A stretch of DNA of 64,000 bases from Planctomycetota bacterium. Its GTDB lineage: Bacteria; Planctomycetota; UBA8108; SXIK01. Each line of letters starts with the position of its first letter. Positions within the stretch are counted from its first letter, which is position 1. The notes beneath the pieces are model-generated. The model was not told the origin of the DNA, made no database searches, and was given only the letters and a program-made list of their open reading frames with translations. Where the stretch lies: the NCBI GenBank assembly GCA_965223265.1, contig OZ244999.1:4064001-4128000 (forward strand). The letters run 5' to 3'. Made by a program: the position numbers and the translations under genes. Below are positions 11,030 to 20,039 of the stretch, one piece after another.

Positions 11030-11333
11030 CAGTGGGAAGAAGACCACCCAATCGAGTGGTCGAAACGACGCGTCTTCGTGCGAGGAATGCACCTTCGGAT
11101 CAGAAAAACGTGTTGAACCGGACAGCCCAACGCGTCGAACCACGGGGACCCCAATCGTGGCTCAATCCATCAACGCTCGCGTCGTACACTTCATGAACCC
11201 GCGCCGGCTCCAGCCGTTACGTGGAAAAGTAAAGCGTGCTAACAACGTGCGTTGCGTCGTGGTCGCGGAGGCCTATAATTAGGCGACTTTATAGCAGTTT
11301 TCGCCTCCGCCGTAAAAGCTTTTTTCGCCGAAC

Positions 11334-11990
11334 ATGGACCCGTCCGCCGCGACCGCAATCGCCTGCCTGACGTCGTACCTGGCTGGTAGCGTACCATTCG
11401 GCCTAGTGCTCGGTCGTCTGCGTGGCGTTGACGTGAGGAGCGTCGGCAGCGGCAACATCGGCGCCACAAACGTGACGCGCGCCTTGGGCCGCCCGTGGGG
11501 TGTGGCGGTGTTCGTACTCGACTTCGCCAAGGGCGGGCTGCCAGTCCTTGCGGTGAACCTGCTCGAGGCGAGCGGACGTGTACGCTTTGCCCTGGCGGAA
11601 GGCGGCTGGCACTTGGCGATGGTCAGTTGCGCGGCGATCCTCGGGCACTGCGCCTCCGCCTTTCTGCGCCTGCGGGGCGGTAAAGGCGTGGCGACAGCCT
11701 TCGGCGCTGCCGCGGCGCTGTGGGTTTGGTCGTTCGCCGCGGCCGCCGCCACATGGCTGGTTACGTACAAGCTCACGCGAGTTTCCTCTGTCGCCTCGCT
11801 ACTCGCCGTCGCGGCGATCGCAGTCGCCTTCGGCGCGCGCTACGTCAGCGCTGATCAGCCGCCTAATCTAGCCAACCTTGTCTTCAGCTTGGCCGCAAAT
11901 GCTCTCGTTGTCATCCGACACCGCAGCAATCTCGCCCGTCTCTGGCGTGGCGAGGAGCTGACGTTCCGTAGGCGCTCGAGCTCGAGTTAG
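11334..11990 (+). CDS. plsY: Glycerol-3-phosphate acyltransferase PlsY
   Basis: YLAGSVPFG, GSGNIGATN, DFAKG, GH, GGKGVAT, RHRSNL motifs. Confidence 0.93.
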   Translation: MDPSAATAIACLTSYLAGSVPFGLVLGRLRGVDVRSVGSGNIGATNVTRALGRPWGVAVFVLDFAKGGLPVLAVNLLEASGRVRFALAEGGWHLAMVSCAAILGHCASAFLRLRGGKGVATAFGAAAALWVWSFAAAAATWLVTYKLTRVSSVASLLAVAAIAVAFGARYVSADQPPNLANLVFSLAANALVVIRHRSNLARLWRGEELTFRRRSSSS

Positions 11991-12153
11991 CAGCCTGTTG
12001 AACGGGTTGGCCGAGGGAACCGGCCCCACGCCTAGCTCGGTGGCGGGGAGCCTCGATGCATCTCGGAGGTTGCCGACGTTCGCCGCGGCCGAGCTAGCGC
12101 TGGGGGCGAGCGACCAGTTTTCAACTCGCAGCACTTTCTCAGGCAGGCTATTA
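11988..12153 (-). mobile_element. MITE-like foldback element, diverged copy 3
   Basis: tagcagcctgttgaa left end. Interior aligns loosely with copy 4 (ctcggag..., gccgcggccga, ccagttttc, gcacttt). Right end caggctatta. Confidence 0.65.
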
Positions 12154-12251
12154 GCGGAACACATTCAGATTGATAGTGAACGCTTCGGTGCCGCGCCCCC
12201 GATACATGCATCGACTTGGTTCGGATCGAACCACAGAGATCGGGAACACGA

Positions 12252-12683
12252 ATGGCAGCCAAGCGAAGCATTTTGATCGTCGACGACATTCCGCTCATGC
12301 GGACGATGCTGTCACGTTACATTCGCTCTCTGGGCCTGAGGTCGATGAAGGCGACTTTAGCGCCCGAGGATGTCGCCATCATCGAAGCCGCGAACGGCAA
12401 AGAGGCGCTCGACGTCGTCCGCACGCAGAGAGTGGATCTCATCTTCCTTGACCTGATGATGCCTGAGATGGACGGTCTGACCTTTCTCGAGATCCTCAGG
12501 AAGGAAGAAAAGGATCAAGCACCTCCTGTGATCATCTGCACCGCGCTGGGTGAGAAAGAGACGCTGGAGAAGGCGATGAGCCTCGGAGCCAGAAGCTATG
12601 TTGCGAAGCCGTTCACATTGACCGCGCTCGAGCACCAGATTCGCGAGGCGCTGAACTACCTGCAGGCCCAAGCGCAGACGTAA
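12252..12683 (+). CDS. Single-domain response regulator (CheY-like receiver)
   Basis: ILIVDD, EAANG, IFLDLMMPEMDG (phospho-Asp), CTA, YVAKPF. Confidence 0.9.
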   Translation: MAAKRSILIVDDIPLMRTMLSRYIRSLGLRSMKATLAPEDVAIIEAANGKEALDVVRTQRVDLIFLDLMMPEMDGLTFLEILRKEEKDQAPPVIICTALGEKETLEKAMSLGARSYVAKPFTLTALEHQIREALNYLQAQAQT

Positions 12684-12746
12684 AGGAGGGCGGCCCCAAG
12701 CCCTCAACGACGCCCTCTCACCGTCGATCGATCGCCCGAGCCGGGC

Positions 12747-12928
12747 TAGCAGCCCGTTGAAAAAGTCATTCGGCCGAGAAACCGGCCTCTTCACGCCCAG
12801 CTCGACCGCGTCAATACTCGCCGTAATACCTTACAGAAGAGGGCTCGGAGATTACCTGCGTTTGCCGCGGCCGATCTGGACGCGAAGAGACCAGTTTTCG
12901 GCTCGAAGCACTTTTTCAACAGGCTGCT
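12747..12928 (-). mobile_element. MITE-like foldback element, copy 4
   Basis: tagcagcccgttgaaaaagtcatt ... gcactttttcaacaggctgct. Inverted relative to copies 1 and 2. Confidence 0.85.
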
Positions 12929-12969
12929 CGCCGCTTCGGACAGCGCCTCTGAACGGGTATTCTTGCAGC

Positions 12970-13923
12970 ATGACCCGCCAGCAAACTCAGAGTGGCTTCG
13001 ACGTCCGCGACTGCACCAGGTCCAAGCGAAACGCGGTGCACGCGACGAAGCGTGACGCGCTCGTCGTCGAGGCACCTTTCGAAATGCGCCTCAACGGCGA
13101 CCCGTACGCGACGGTCATGCGAACACCGGGCGCCGATCGGGACTTGGTGCTCGGATTCTTCCTCGCCGAGGGAGTGATCTCGACGGCGAGCGACGTGTCC
13201 GGCGTGGTTCTTTGCGGTGCGGGGAACGGCGTCGAATCGACGCACGTGACGACGATATCCGGGCCAAACCGAGGCTGGATCGGCCCACAGGGGACCAACG
13301 ACCAGGAACAATACGCCGGCAACGTCGCGGACTTACGCACCACGCTCGGGCGTACGAAGAGACCGGCCTCCACCTCTCGCCTGCCAGTCACCTCAAGCTG
13401 CGGTGTCTGTGGGCACCAGACGATCACCGACGTTCTGTCTCTCCTTCCAGCCGCCCCGGAGAATGGCGCTGCAGAGTCGCGGTCGCAGTTCCGCGTACCG
13501 CCCTCCCTCGTCGCCACCTTGCCGGACCGATTGCAACGAGCACAGCCGCTCTTTCAACGGACGGGGGCGCTGCACGGCGCCGCACTCTTCGATGCAAAAG
13601 GCAACGCGGTCGTCGTGCGCGAAGACATCGGACGGCACAACGCGGTCGACAAAGTCATTGGACAAGCACTGTTGATCGACAAGCTTCCCGCCAGCCGACT
13701 AGTCCTCCAAGTCAGCGGCCGCGTCAGCTTCGAGATCATTCAGAAGGCTTACCGCGCCGGCATTCGCTGCGTCACGGCCGTCTCGGGAGTTTCCACACTC
13801 GCCGTCGACCTAGCCTCGCAAGCCGGCATCACGCTGGTCGGGTTCGTCCGCGGGGGCTCGTTCAACATTTACACCCACCCCGAGCGCATTCGCGACGCAG
13901 CTGACGCCACGGAAATTTTATAG
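12970..13923 (+). CDS. fdhD: Formate dehydrogenase accessory sulfurtransferase FdhD
   Basis: [46 protein letters not shown]. The upstream extension in the ORF track is MITE sequence. Confidence 0.92.
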   Translation: MTRQQTQSGFDVRDCTRSKRNAVHATKRDALVVEAPFEMRLNGDPYATVMRTPGADRDLVLGFFLAEGVISTASDVSGVVLCGAGNGVESTHVTTISGPNRGWIGPQGTNDQEQYAGNVADLRTTLGRTKRPASTSRLPVTSSCGVCGHQTITDVLSLLPAAPENGAAESRSQFRVPPSLVATLPDRLQRAQPLFQRTGALHGAALFDAKGNAVVVREDIGRHNAVDKVIGQALLIDKLPASRLVLQVSGRVSFEIIQKAYRAGIRCVTAVSGVSTLAVDLASQAGITLVGFVRGGSFNIYTHPERIRDAADATEIL

Positions 13924-14054
13924 CAGACCCAGCGGTCGACAGCTATGCTGCCAAACGTTCCATTCTTGTCCTGGTAGTGTCGTCGACTTCTTTGCTTTGG
14001 CAACAGATTGCTTTGGCAGAGATCGGTAGGAGCGAGCAACTCTTCGGATCGCAA

Positions 14055-14936
14055 ATGAGCACTCAGCATTGGGAAGAGAAAGTCGGCCTGGCGCGTATGC
14101 TGACCGGCGGTGTCATCATGGACGTGACGACCGCCGAACAAGCACGGATCGCAGAAACCGCCGGCGCGGCTGCTGTCATGGCCCTCGAACGTGTACCGGC
14201 CGACATCCGCCGCGAAGGCGGCGTGGCGCGCATGGCGCCGCTGGGGAAGATCACCGAGATCAAGCAGGCTGTGACCATCCCGGTGATGGCAAAAGCACGC
14301 ATCGGTCACTTTATGGAGGCTCGTGTTCTCGAAGCCGAGGGCGTCGACTACATCGACGAGAGCGAGGTCCTGACGCCGGCGGATGAAGAATTCCACATCG
14401 ACAAACATGCGTTCAAGGTGCCTTGCGTCTGCGGCGCCCGAAATCTCGGTGAAGCCCTGCGGCGGATCGGCGAAGGCGCCGCGATGATCCGCACCAAAGG
14501 CGAAGCAGGCACTGGAAACGTCGTCGAAGCGGTTCGTCACCTCAGGCGGATTCACGGCGAAATGAGGCGCCTAGCGGGAGTCGGCAGCGAGGAACTTGTC
14601 GGCGCGGCCAAGGAATTGGGCGCGCCGCTTCAGCTCGTCCGCCACGTCGCAGAGCATGGACGGCTGCCGGTGCCAAATTTTGCCGCTGGAGGCGTCGCCA
14701 CTCCTGCTGATGCAGCACTGATGATGGCGCTCGGCGCCGAAGCAGTCTTCGTCGGCTCAGGCATCTTTAAGTCCGGCGATCCAGCCGCCACCGCGGAGAT
14801 GATCGTCAAAGCGGTCACTCACTGGGAAGACGCCGGCGAACTCGCGCGCATCATGGCGGAGTTCGGCAGTCCAATGCCAGGCATCGAGATGAGCGAAATC
14901 GCCGCTGGCGAACGCCTTCAAGAGCGCGGCTGGTAG
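14055..14936 (+). CDS. pdxS: Pyridoxal 5'-phosphate synthase lyase subunit
   Basis: [65 protein letters not shown]. Confidence 0.96.
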   Translation: MSTQHWEEKVGLARMLTGGVIMDVTTAEQARIAETAGAAAVMALERVPADIRREGGVARMAPLGKITEIKQAVTIPVMAKARIGHFMEARVLEAEGVDYIDESEVLTPADEEFHIDKHAFKVPCVCGARNLGEALRRIGEGAAMIRTKGEAGTGNVVEAVRHLRRIHGEMRRLAGVGSEELVGAAKELGAPLQLVRHVAEHGRLPVPNFAAGGVATPADAALMMALGAEAVFVGSGIFKSGDPAATAEMIVKAVTHWEDAGELARIMAEFGSPMPGIEMSEIAAGERLQERGW

Positions 14937-14954
14937 AGCGCTGCAGCGCTCTAC
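14933..14954. repeat. Perfect 22-bp palindrome GTAGAGCGCTGCAGCGCTCTAC
   Basis: Read directly. Overlaps the pdxS TAG stop. Confidence 0.75.
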
Positions 14955-14997
14955 GAACCGTCAATGGCCGACGCGTCGGGCTGACAAGGTCGATCGC

Positions 14998-15603
14998 ATG
15001 TCCCGTGACCCCCATTCGTTTCAGCTTCCCTTTGGCGTCTTGGCGCTGCAGGGATCCTTTCGGCTGCACCAGCAGGCACTGACGCGTCTCGGCATCGCGA
15101 CCCGTCGGGTCACCCGCGCAGAGCACTTGCAAGGCCTTGCCGCGCTGATCCTTCCCGGCGGCGAGAGCACCACGATGGCGCACCTGGCCCGAGAGTATCG
15201 TCTCTTCGACCCGCTCCGCGCTGCAGCCAAGGCGGGACTGCCGATGTTCGGGACCTGTGCCGGCGCGATTTTGCTCGGCCGCGGCGCCGGTTTTCCGCCG
15301 CAGTTGGAGGTCGCACCGGTGACCATCGAGCGCAACGCCTACGGCCGCCAGATCGACAGCTTCACGGCCGAACTCACCATCGACGATCTCGCGGAGACGT
15401 TTCATGGCGTGTTCATTCGCGCCCCGATCATGCAGCTGCCGCAGGACGATGCGACTCGAGCGCTGTGCTGGCATGACGGACACCCGGTGTTGGCGCGATA
15501 TCGGCACATGCTTCTGGCGACGTTTCACCCTGAGTTGACGGACGATCTTCGCATCCACCGCCTCTTTCTCGAGATCGCGAGCGAACCAGCCGAGAAAGAA
15601 TAA
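14998..15603 (+). CDS. pdxT: Pyridoxal 5'-phosphate synthase glutaminase subunit
   Basis: GVLALQG, PGGESTT, GTCAG, RNAYGRQIDSF, FIRAP, FHPEL. Adjacent to pdxS. Confidence 0.95.
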   Translation: MSRDPHSFQLPFGVLALQGSFRLHQQALTRLGIATRRVTRAEHLQGLAALILPGGESTTMAHLAREYRLFDPLRAAAKAGLPMFGTCAGAILLGRGAGFPPQLEVAPVTIERNAYGRQIDSFTAELTIDDLAETFHGVFIRAPIMQLPQDDATRALCWHDGHPVLARYRHMLLATFHPELTDDLRIHRLFLEIASEPAEKE

Positions 15604-15662
15604 CTGCGGGATGAGTCGACGCGAGCAAACCAGCCGACGGAGCCAGAGCGAGTAGCGAGTCA

Positions 15663-16682
15663 ATGGCCGATCCCACCGACAACGTTCTCGAGCCCACAGC
15701 CCAGCAGGACACACCGCGGGCCTCGACCCGCCGCAGTACGATTGCGTATTTCTGGATCGCAGTGCGTGGTCTGTGCATGGGAGCAGCCGATATCGTGCCA
15801 GGAGTTTCGGGCGGCACGATGGCGTTTATCCTCGGCATCTACGAAGAGCTCGTCGAATCCATCCGTGCGTTCGGCCGGGTGACGTTTCTCCGCTCGCTAG
15901 CGCAGCTGCGCTTTGCAGCAGCTGCCCGCGCCGTCAACCTGCCGTTTCTCGTCGCCCTCGGCTGCGGCATTCTCGCCGCCGTTTTGACCCTGGCCCACAG
16001 CATCGAGTGGCTCCTCCACGACCACGCCGCCTACCTGTGGAGCTTCTTTTTCGGCTTGGTCTTGGCATCCGTTCTCGTCGTCAGCGGCAGGATCAAAGCT
16101 TGGTCCGCACTGCGTGTCGCGCTTCTCGTTGGAGGCAGCGCCCTAGCCTACGGATTCGTCGGTTTGGTCCCGCTGCAGACGCCGGAAACTTGGTGGTTTC
16201 TCATTCTCAGCGGCGCGGCGGCAAGCTGTGCTTTGATCCTTCCCGGCATCTCGGGAGCCTTTCTGCTCCTACTTCTCAGCAAATACCACTTCGTCCTGAA
16301 CGCCATCAATCAACGCGACTACGGCGCTCTCGTGCTGATTGCACTCGGCGCGGGACTTGGGCTCATCGCCTTCACCCAGGTGCTTGGATGGCTATTCCAC
16401 CGCTTCCACGACAACGTCATCGCGCTGTTGACTGGGTTCATGCTTGGGAGCTTGCGCAAAGTGTGGCCGTGGAAAGAGGAGGCAGAATGGCTGCGCGACG
16501 CTGCCGGCCAGTTCGTCATGAAGGATGGACAGCGCATCGCGGTGAAGGAGAACAATCTTCTGCCGTGGGATGTGGCGCACGTCGACACGCCGGAGATCTT
16601 GCTCGCGTGTGGGCTCGCGGTGGTTGGCTTTGCAGTCGTTGTCGCGATCGATCGTCTGGCCAAACGAACCGCGATGGTCTGA
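15663..16682 (+). CDS. DUF368 family membrane protein (putative undecaprenyl-phosphate translocase)
   Basis: Duplicated re-entrant motifs MGAADIVPGVSGGT and LILPGISG. Many transmembrane segments. Confidence 0.88.
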   Translation: MADPTDNVLEPTAQQDTPRASTRRSTIAYFWIAVRGLCMGAADIVPGVSGGTMAFILGIYEELVESIRAFGRVTFLRSLAQLRFAAAARAVNLPFLVALGCGILAAVLTLAHSIEWLLHDHAAYLWSFFFGLVLASVLVVSGRIKAWSALRVALLVGGSALAYGFVGLVPLQTPETWWFLILSGAAASCALILPGISGAFLLLLLSKYHFVLNAINQRDYGALVLIALGAGLGLIAFTQVLGWLFHRFHDNVIALLTGFMLGSLRKVWPWKEEAEWLRDAAGQFVMKDGQRIAVKENNLLPWDVAHVDTPEILLACGLAVVGFAVVVAIDRLAKRTAMV

Positions 16683-16901
16683 CAACGCGTTGCGTGCGAG
16701 ACCGCTCCGTCGCCAGCCCTAAAAAAAAGAGGCAAAGCGAGAGAGCGGCCAAGAGTGCTTCAGTAGCGGTGTTTCGAGACTCGTTGGTGCGCGGAGCGCG
16801 CGTACGTGAGCATCGCCGGCGGTTCAAACGTCGCGAACTCCGTGTTACTCGCCGAGTCGTCGTTTCTTGCCGCCACTTCTTGTCAGCGCCGGGGGGCAAC
16901 G

Positions 16902-17600
16902 TCAATCAACGCGCGGGTCCACCACAATCGCCTTCGGCGCCGTAGGGCAGTACATCTGACAGACGCCGCAGCCGGTGCAGCCCGAGGCGTTCACGGCCAC
17001 TTCACCGCCGTACTCTGGGATGTCGATGGCGGCCGGTCCGATCGGACACTTATCGACGCAGATTTCGCAGTCTTCACCCTGACTGCGGATACACACCTCC
17101 GGATCGACGCGTGCCTTGCCCATCTCGATTCGCTCCGCAGGCACGAGCTGCAGGGCGCCCGTCGGGCACGCGTGCATGCAAGCCAAGTCATCGCAGATCA
17201 CACACGCCTGCAGATCGGGGTCAATCACCGGCTTGTTCTGCAGCGTCGCGTCATCGTCGTTGAGCAGATGGATGGCCGAAACCGGACAAGCCTGAACACA
17301 GCCGCCGCTGCCAACGCAGCGTTCAAGAAACTCCTCTTCGGGCACGGCTCCTGGGGGGCGGAGGAGCGCCTTTCCCGAACTCGACAGGTAGCGCGTCCCC
17401 GCTCCGGTCGACGGAGGCCGTGGCTGCTGGCCGTCTTCGTCGACCCAGTTCGGCACCTCCAAGTGTTGAACGCGCTGCTCCACCATTTCAGCCAGGGGTT
17501 TGAGGAAATGGCGCAGACCCTGCCGAAAGAATCCGCGGCGGTGCATGCGATCGTCGTCCTCTTCGGATCGCCCAGAGATGTTCTCGTTCTGTTCCGTCAT
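16902..17600 (-). CDS. Multi-[4Fe-4S] ferredoxin, NapF/NapG/MauM-like
   Basis: RRGFF motif, LRPPGA..EEEFLERC, several CxxC..CP clusters including CTGCGVCQMYCP. Confidence 0.82.
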   Translation of the reverse strand: MTEQNENISGRSEEDDDRMHRRGFFRQGLRHFLKPLAEMVEQRVQHLEVPNWVDEDGQQPRPPSTGAGTRYLSSSGKALLRPPGAVPEEEFLERCVGSGGCVQACPVSAIHLLNDDDATLQNKPVIDPDLQACVICDDLACMHACPTGALQLVPAERIEMGKARVDPEVCIRSQGEDCEICVDKCPIGPAAIDIPEYGGEVAVNASGCTGCGVCQMYCPTAPKAIVVDPRVD

Positions 17601-18088
17601 CGAATTCCAATACGCAAGACGTGCGCGCGTGAGATGTATCACAAACCTCCCAAGATCGATGGGCTGCTAGCGCAGGACCCACAGGAGGCAGCGGAAAACT
17701 GTAAAGTATAAACTCCCCACGTCCAGATGGCCACGGCAGGCGTCGGTAGCGCTCGCGCGCGCGGCGCGGGCGGTCAATTCGAGCCACCAGCGCTCGCCGA
17801 ATCGCGCAAGACTTCGCCGCGCGTGAACGTGGTAGCTTGGAACGCTGTCGATCCGCCCGCACTGCGAACCGGCAATCGCTCGCCGACAAGCCCGCTGCGG
17901 CAGAGGCCGTGCGATTGGCACCCGACTCCGGCGTCAGACGACCTGTCGACCCACGACGACGGCGCTCTGTAGAACTTCCGAGTTCCGACGCGATTACGCG
18001 ACTGCTATACTCACGGGCCGGTCACGCGCCTGCCTGAAATCAGCTCAGAGGCGCTGTCTTTTCCAATCCCTCGCACAGCGGGCGCGCG

Positions 18089-19780
18089 ATGCCTCACCCA
18101 ACTTACTGTATCGGACTCGATTTCGGCACCAGCAGCGTACGAAGCCTCGTCGCACGCGTCGCCGACGGCGCGGAAGTGGGTCTTGCCGTAGCGCCATTTC
18201 AACATGGCTCCGACGGTGTCCTAAGTGATCCGCGTGACCCGAATCTCGCTCGGCAGGATCCCGCGGACTACCAAATCGCTTTGGAGAGCGCGGTCATCGA
18301 GTCAGTTCGCGCGGCGACGCGTGACCCAAATTTTGATGTCGCGCGCGTCGTCGGCATAGGGGTCGATGCGACGGCAAGTACCCCCATCCCCGTCGATACG
18401 TCGATGACACCGCTGTCGCAACACCCGGAGTTTGAGGGCAACCTTCACACTCACGCATGGCTCTGGAAGGATCACACGGCGTACGCCGAAGCAAGAGCGA
18501 TCACGGAGCTGGCACAAGAGCGCCACCCTGAGTATTTAGCGAAGTGTGGTGGCACTTACTCAAGCGAGTGGTTCTTCGCCAAGCTTCTCCACTTCGCTCG
18601 GGTAGCACCGGAAGCGTTCGCGGCCACAGCGGCGTGGGTGGAGCAAGGTGACTACATTGTCGCCTTCCTTTCCGGGTGCGACAACCCACGCGAGATCAGG
18701 CGAAACGTCTGCGCGGCAGGGCATAAGGCGCTTTACAACGAAAACTGGGGCAACCCGACAGCCGATTTTCTCGATCAACTTGACGCGTCTGTCGGCGCCT
18801 GGTGCCGTTCGCATCCGCTCGGTGCGACATCCACGGCTGGGCAAGAAGGCGGCACCTTGTGTGACCAATGGGCGAAACGGACCGGTCTGCGAGCAGGCAT
18901 CCCGATCTCGGTGGCCGCAATCGACGCCCACGTCGGGGCTGTCGGTGCCGGCATCCGGCCGGGAACGCTCGTCAAGATCCTCGGCACGAGTGGCTGCGAC
19001 ATGGCAGTCCACCCGGCAGACAGATCTTTGGCCGACATCCCGGGACTGTGCGGCGTCGTGCGCGATTCCATCTTACCAGACCACTTCGGCCTCGAGGCGG
19101 GACAGGCAGCGCTCGGCGACTTGTTCGGCTGGTTCGTACGTCGCTTCACGAGAGAAGCCGGAAAGTCGCACGCCGAGCTCACGGAACTGGCCGGCCGCCT
19201 CAAGCCAGGGGAATCGGGGTTGCTCGCACTCGACTGGAACAATGGCAACCGAACCGTGCTGGCAGATCCGCTGCTCACGGGCTGCCTCGTCGGCCAGACG
19301 CTCCAAACGCGACCAGAGGAGGTTTATCGCGCCCTGCTCGAGTCGACAGCATTTGGAGCGCGCGTGATCATGCAGCGCTTCGAGGACTACAACGTCAGAG
19401 TCGATCAGGTGGTTGTCTGCGGCGGGATCGCTGAAAAGAATCCGCTGCTGCTTCAGATATTCGCTGACGTCACAGGGCGACCGATCCGAGTGTCACGATC
19501 CCAAGAGACCTGCGCGCTGGGAGCCGCGATCTTCGGTAGCGTCGCGGCGGGGGCTGATCGCGGCGGTCACGCCACTGTGCTGGAAGCTCAGGACGCGATG
19601 TGCGGGCTGAAAGAGATCGAGTATCAACCGCACGCAGGACACAAAACGGTTTATCAGGAGTTGTACGAACTCTACAAACTCCTTCATGACGCCTTTGGCG
19701 TCGTTGGCTGCCAGCGCGAACTATTTCCCGTTATGAAGCGATTGATCGCGCTGCGCGAACGCGCCCGCGGCTCGGCGTGA
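18089..19780 (+). CDS. araB: Ribulokinase (FGGY family)
   Basis: IGLDFGTSSVR, LARQDP, WKDHTA, YSSEWF, GHKA, IDAH, LEAGQ, LDWNNGNR. Confidence 0.88.
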   Translation: MPHPTYCIGLDFGTSSVRSLVARVADGAEVGLAVAPFQHGSDGVLSDPRDPNLARQDPADYQIALESAVIESVRAATRDPNFDVARVVGIGVDATASTPIPVDTSMTPLSQHPEFEGNLHTHAWLWKDHTAYAEARAITELAQERHPEYLAKCGGTYSSEWFFAKLLHFARVAPEAFAATAAWVEQGDYIVAFLSGCDNPREIRRNVCAAGHKALYNENWGNPTADFLDQLDASVGAWCRSHPLGATSTAGQEGGTLCDQWAKRTGLRAGIPISVAAIDAHVGAVGAGIRPGTLVKILGTSGCDMAVHPADRSLADIPGLCGVVRDSILPDHFGLEAGQAALGDLFGWFVRRFTREAGKSHAELTELAGRLKPGESGLLALDWNNGNRTVLADPLLTGCLVGQTLQTRPEEVYRALLESTAFGARVIMQRFEDYNVRVDQVVVCGGIAEKNPLLLQIFADVTGRPIRVSRSQETCALGAAIFGSVAAGADRGGHATVLEAQDAMCGLKEIEYQPHAGHKTVYQELYELYKLLHDAFGVVGCQRELFPVMKRLIALRERARGSA

Positions 19781-20039
19781 CGATCAATCGATCAATTCTT
19801 TTGGGATCAGAGCGTCGAAAGGGCCGATAGATGGAAGAAATCCGGGCGTCAGAGATGCGCGCGCCAGCGTCGGAGCCCCGGCGGAAACGCGTGCAGCTGT
19901 TTGCAGACAGCTCTGAGCCGTGCTAAACTCCTACATATCTTCGTCTTAGGTAGAAACTTAGAACTTCGAACACAACATGTGAGTGGGCGTACTGGGGCGG
20001 TCGAGAAGTTCCGAAGAACGTGCGAATAGGGTGAACTCC

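Noticed and set aside
11030-11333. sigma54 promoter or NtrC sites for glnA
   Set aside because: Only partial matches. No TGGCAC-N5-TTGC with correct spacing was found.
7824-12928. Repeats as a CRISPR array
   Set aside because: Units are ~180 bp, dispersed between genes in both orientations, with no regular spacers and no cas genes.
17515-17545. RRGFF as a Tat signal in the ferredoxin
   Set aside because: No hydrophobic h-region follows. Cytoplasmic NapF-like proteins carry similar remnants.
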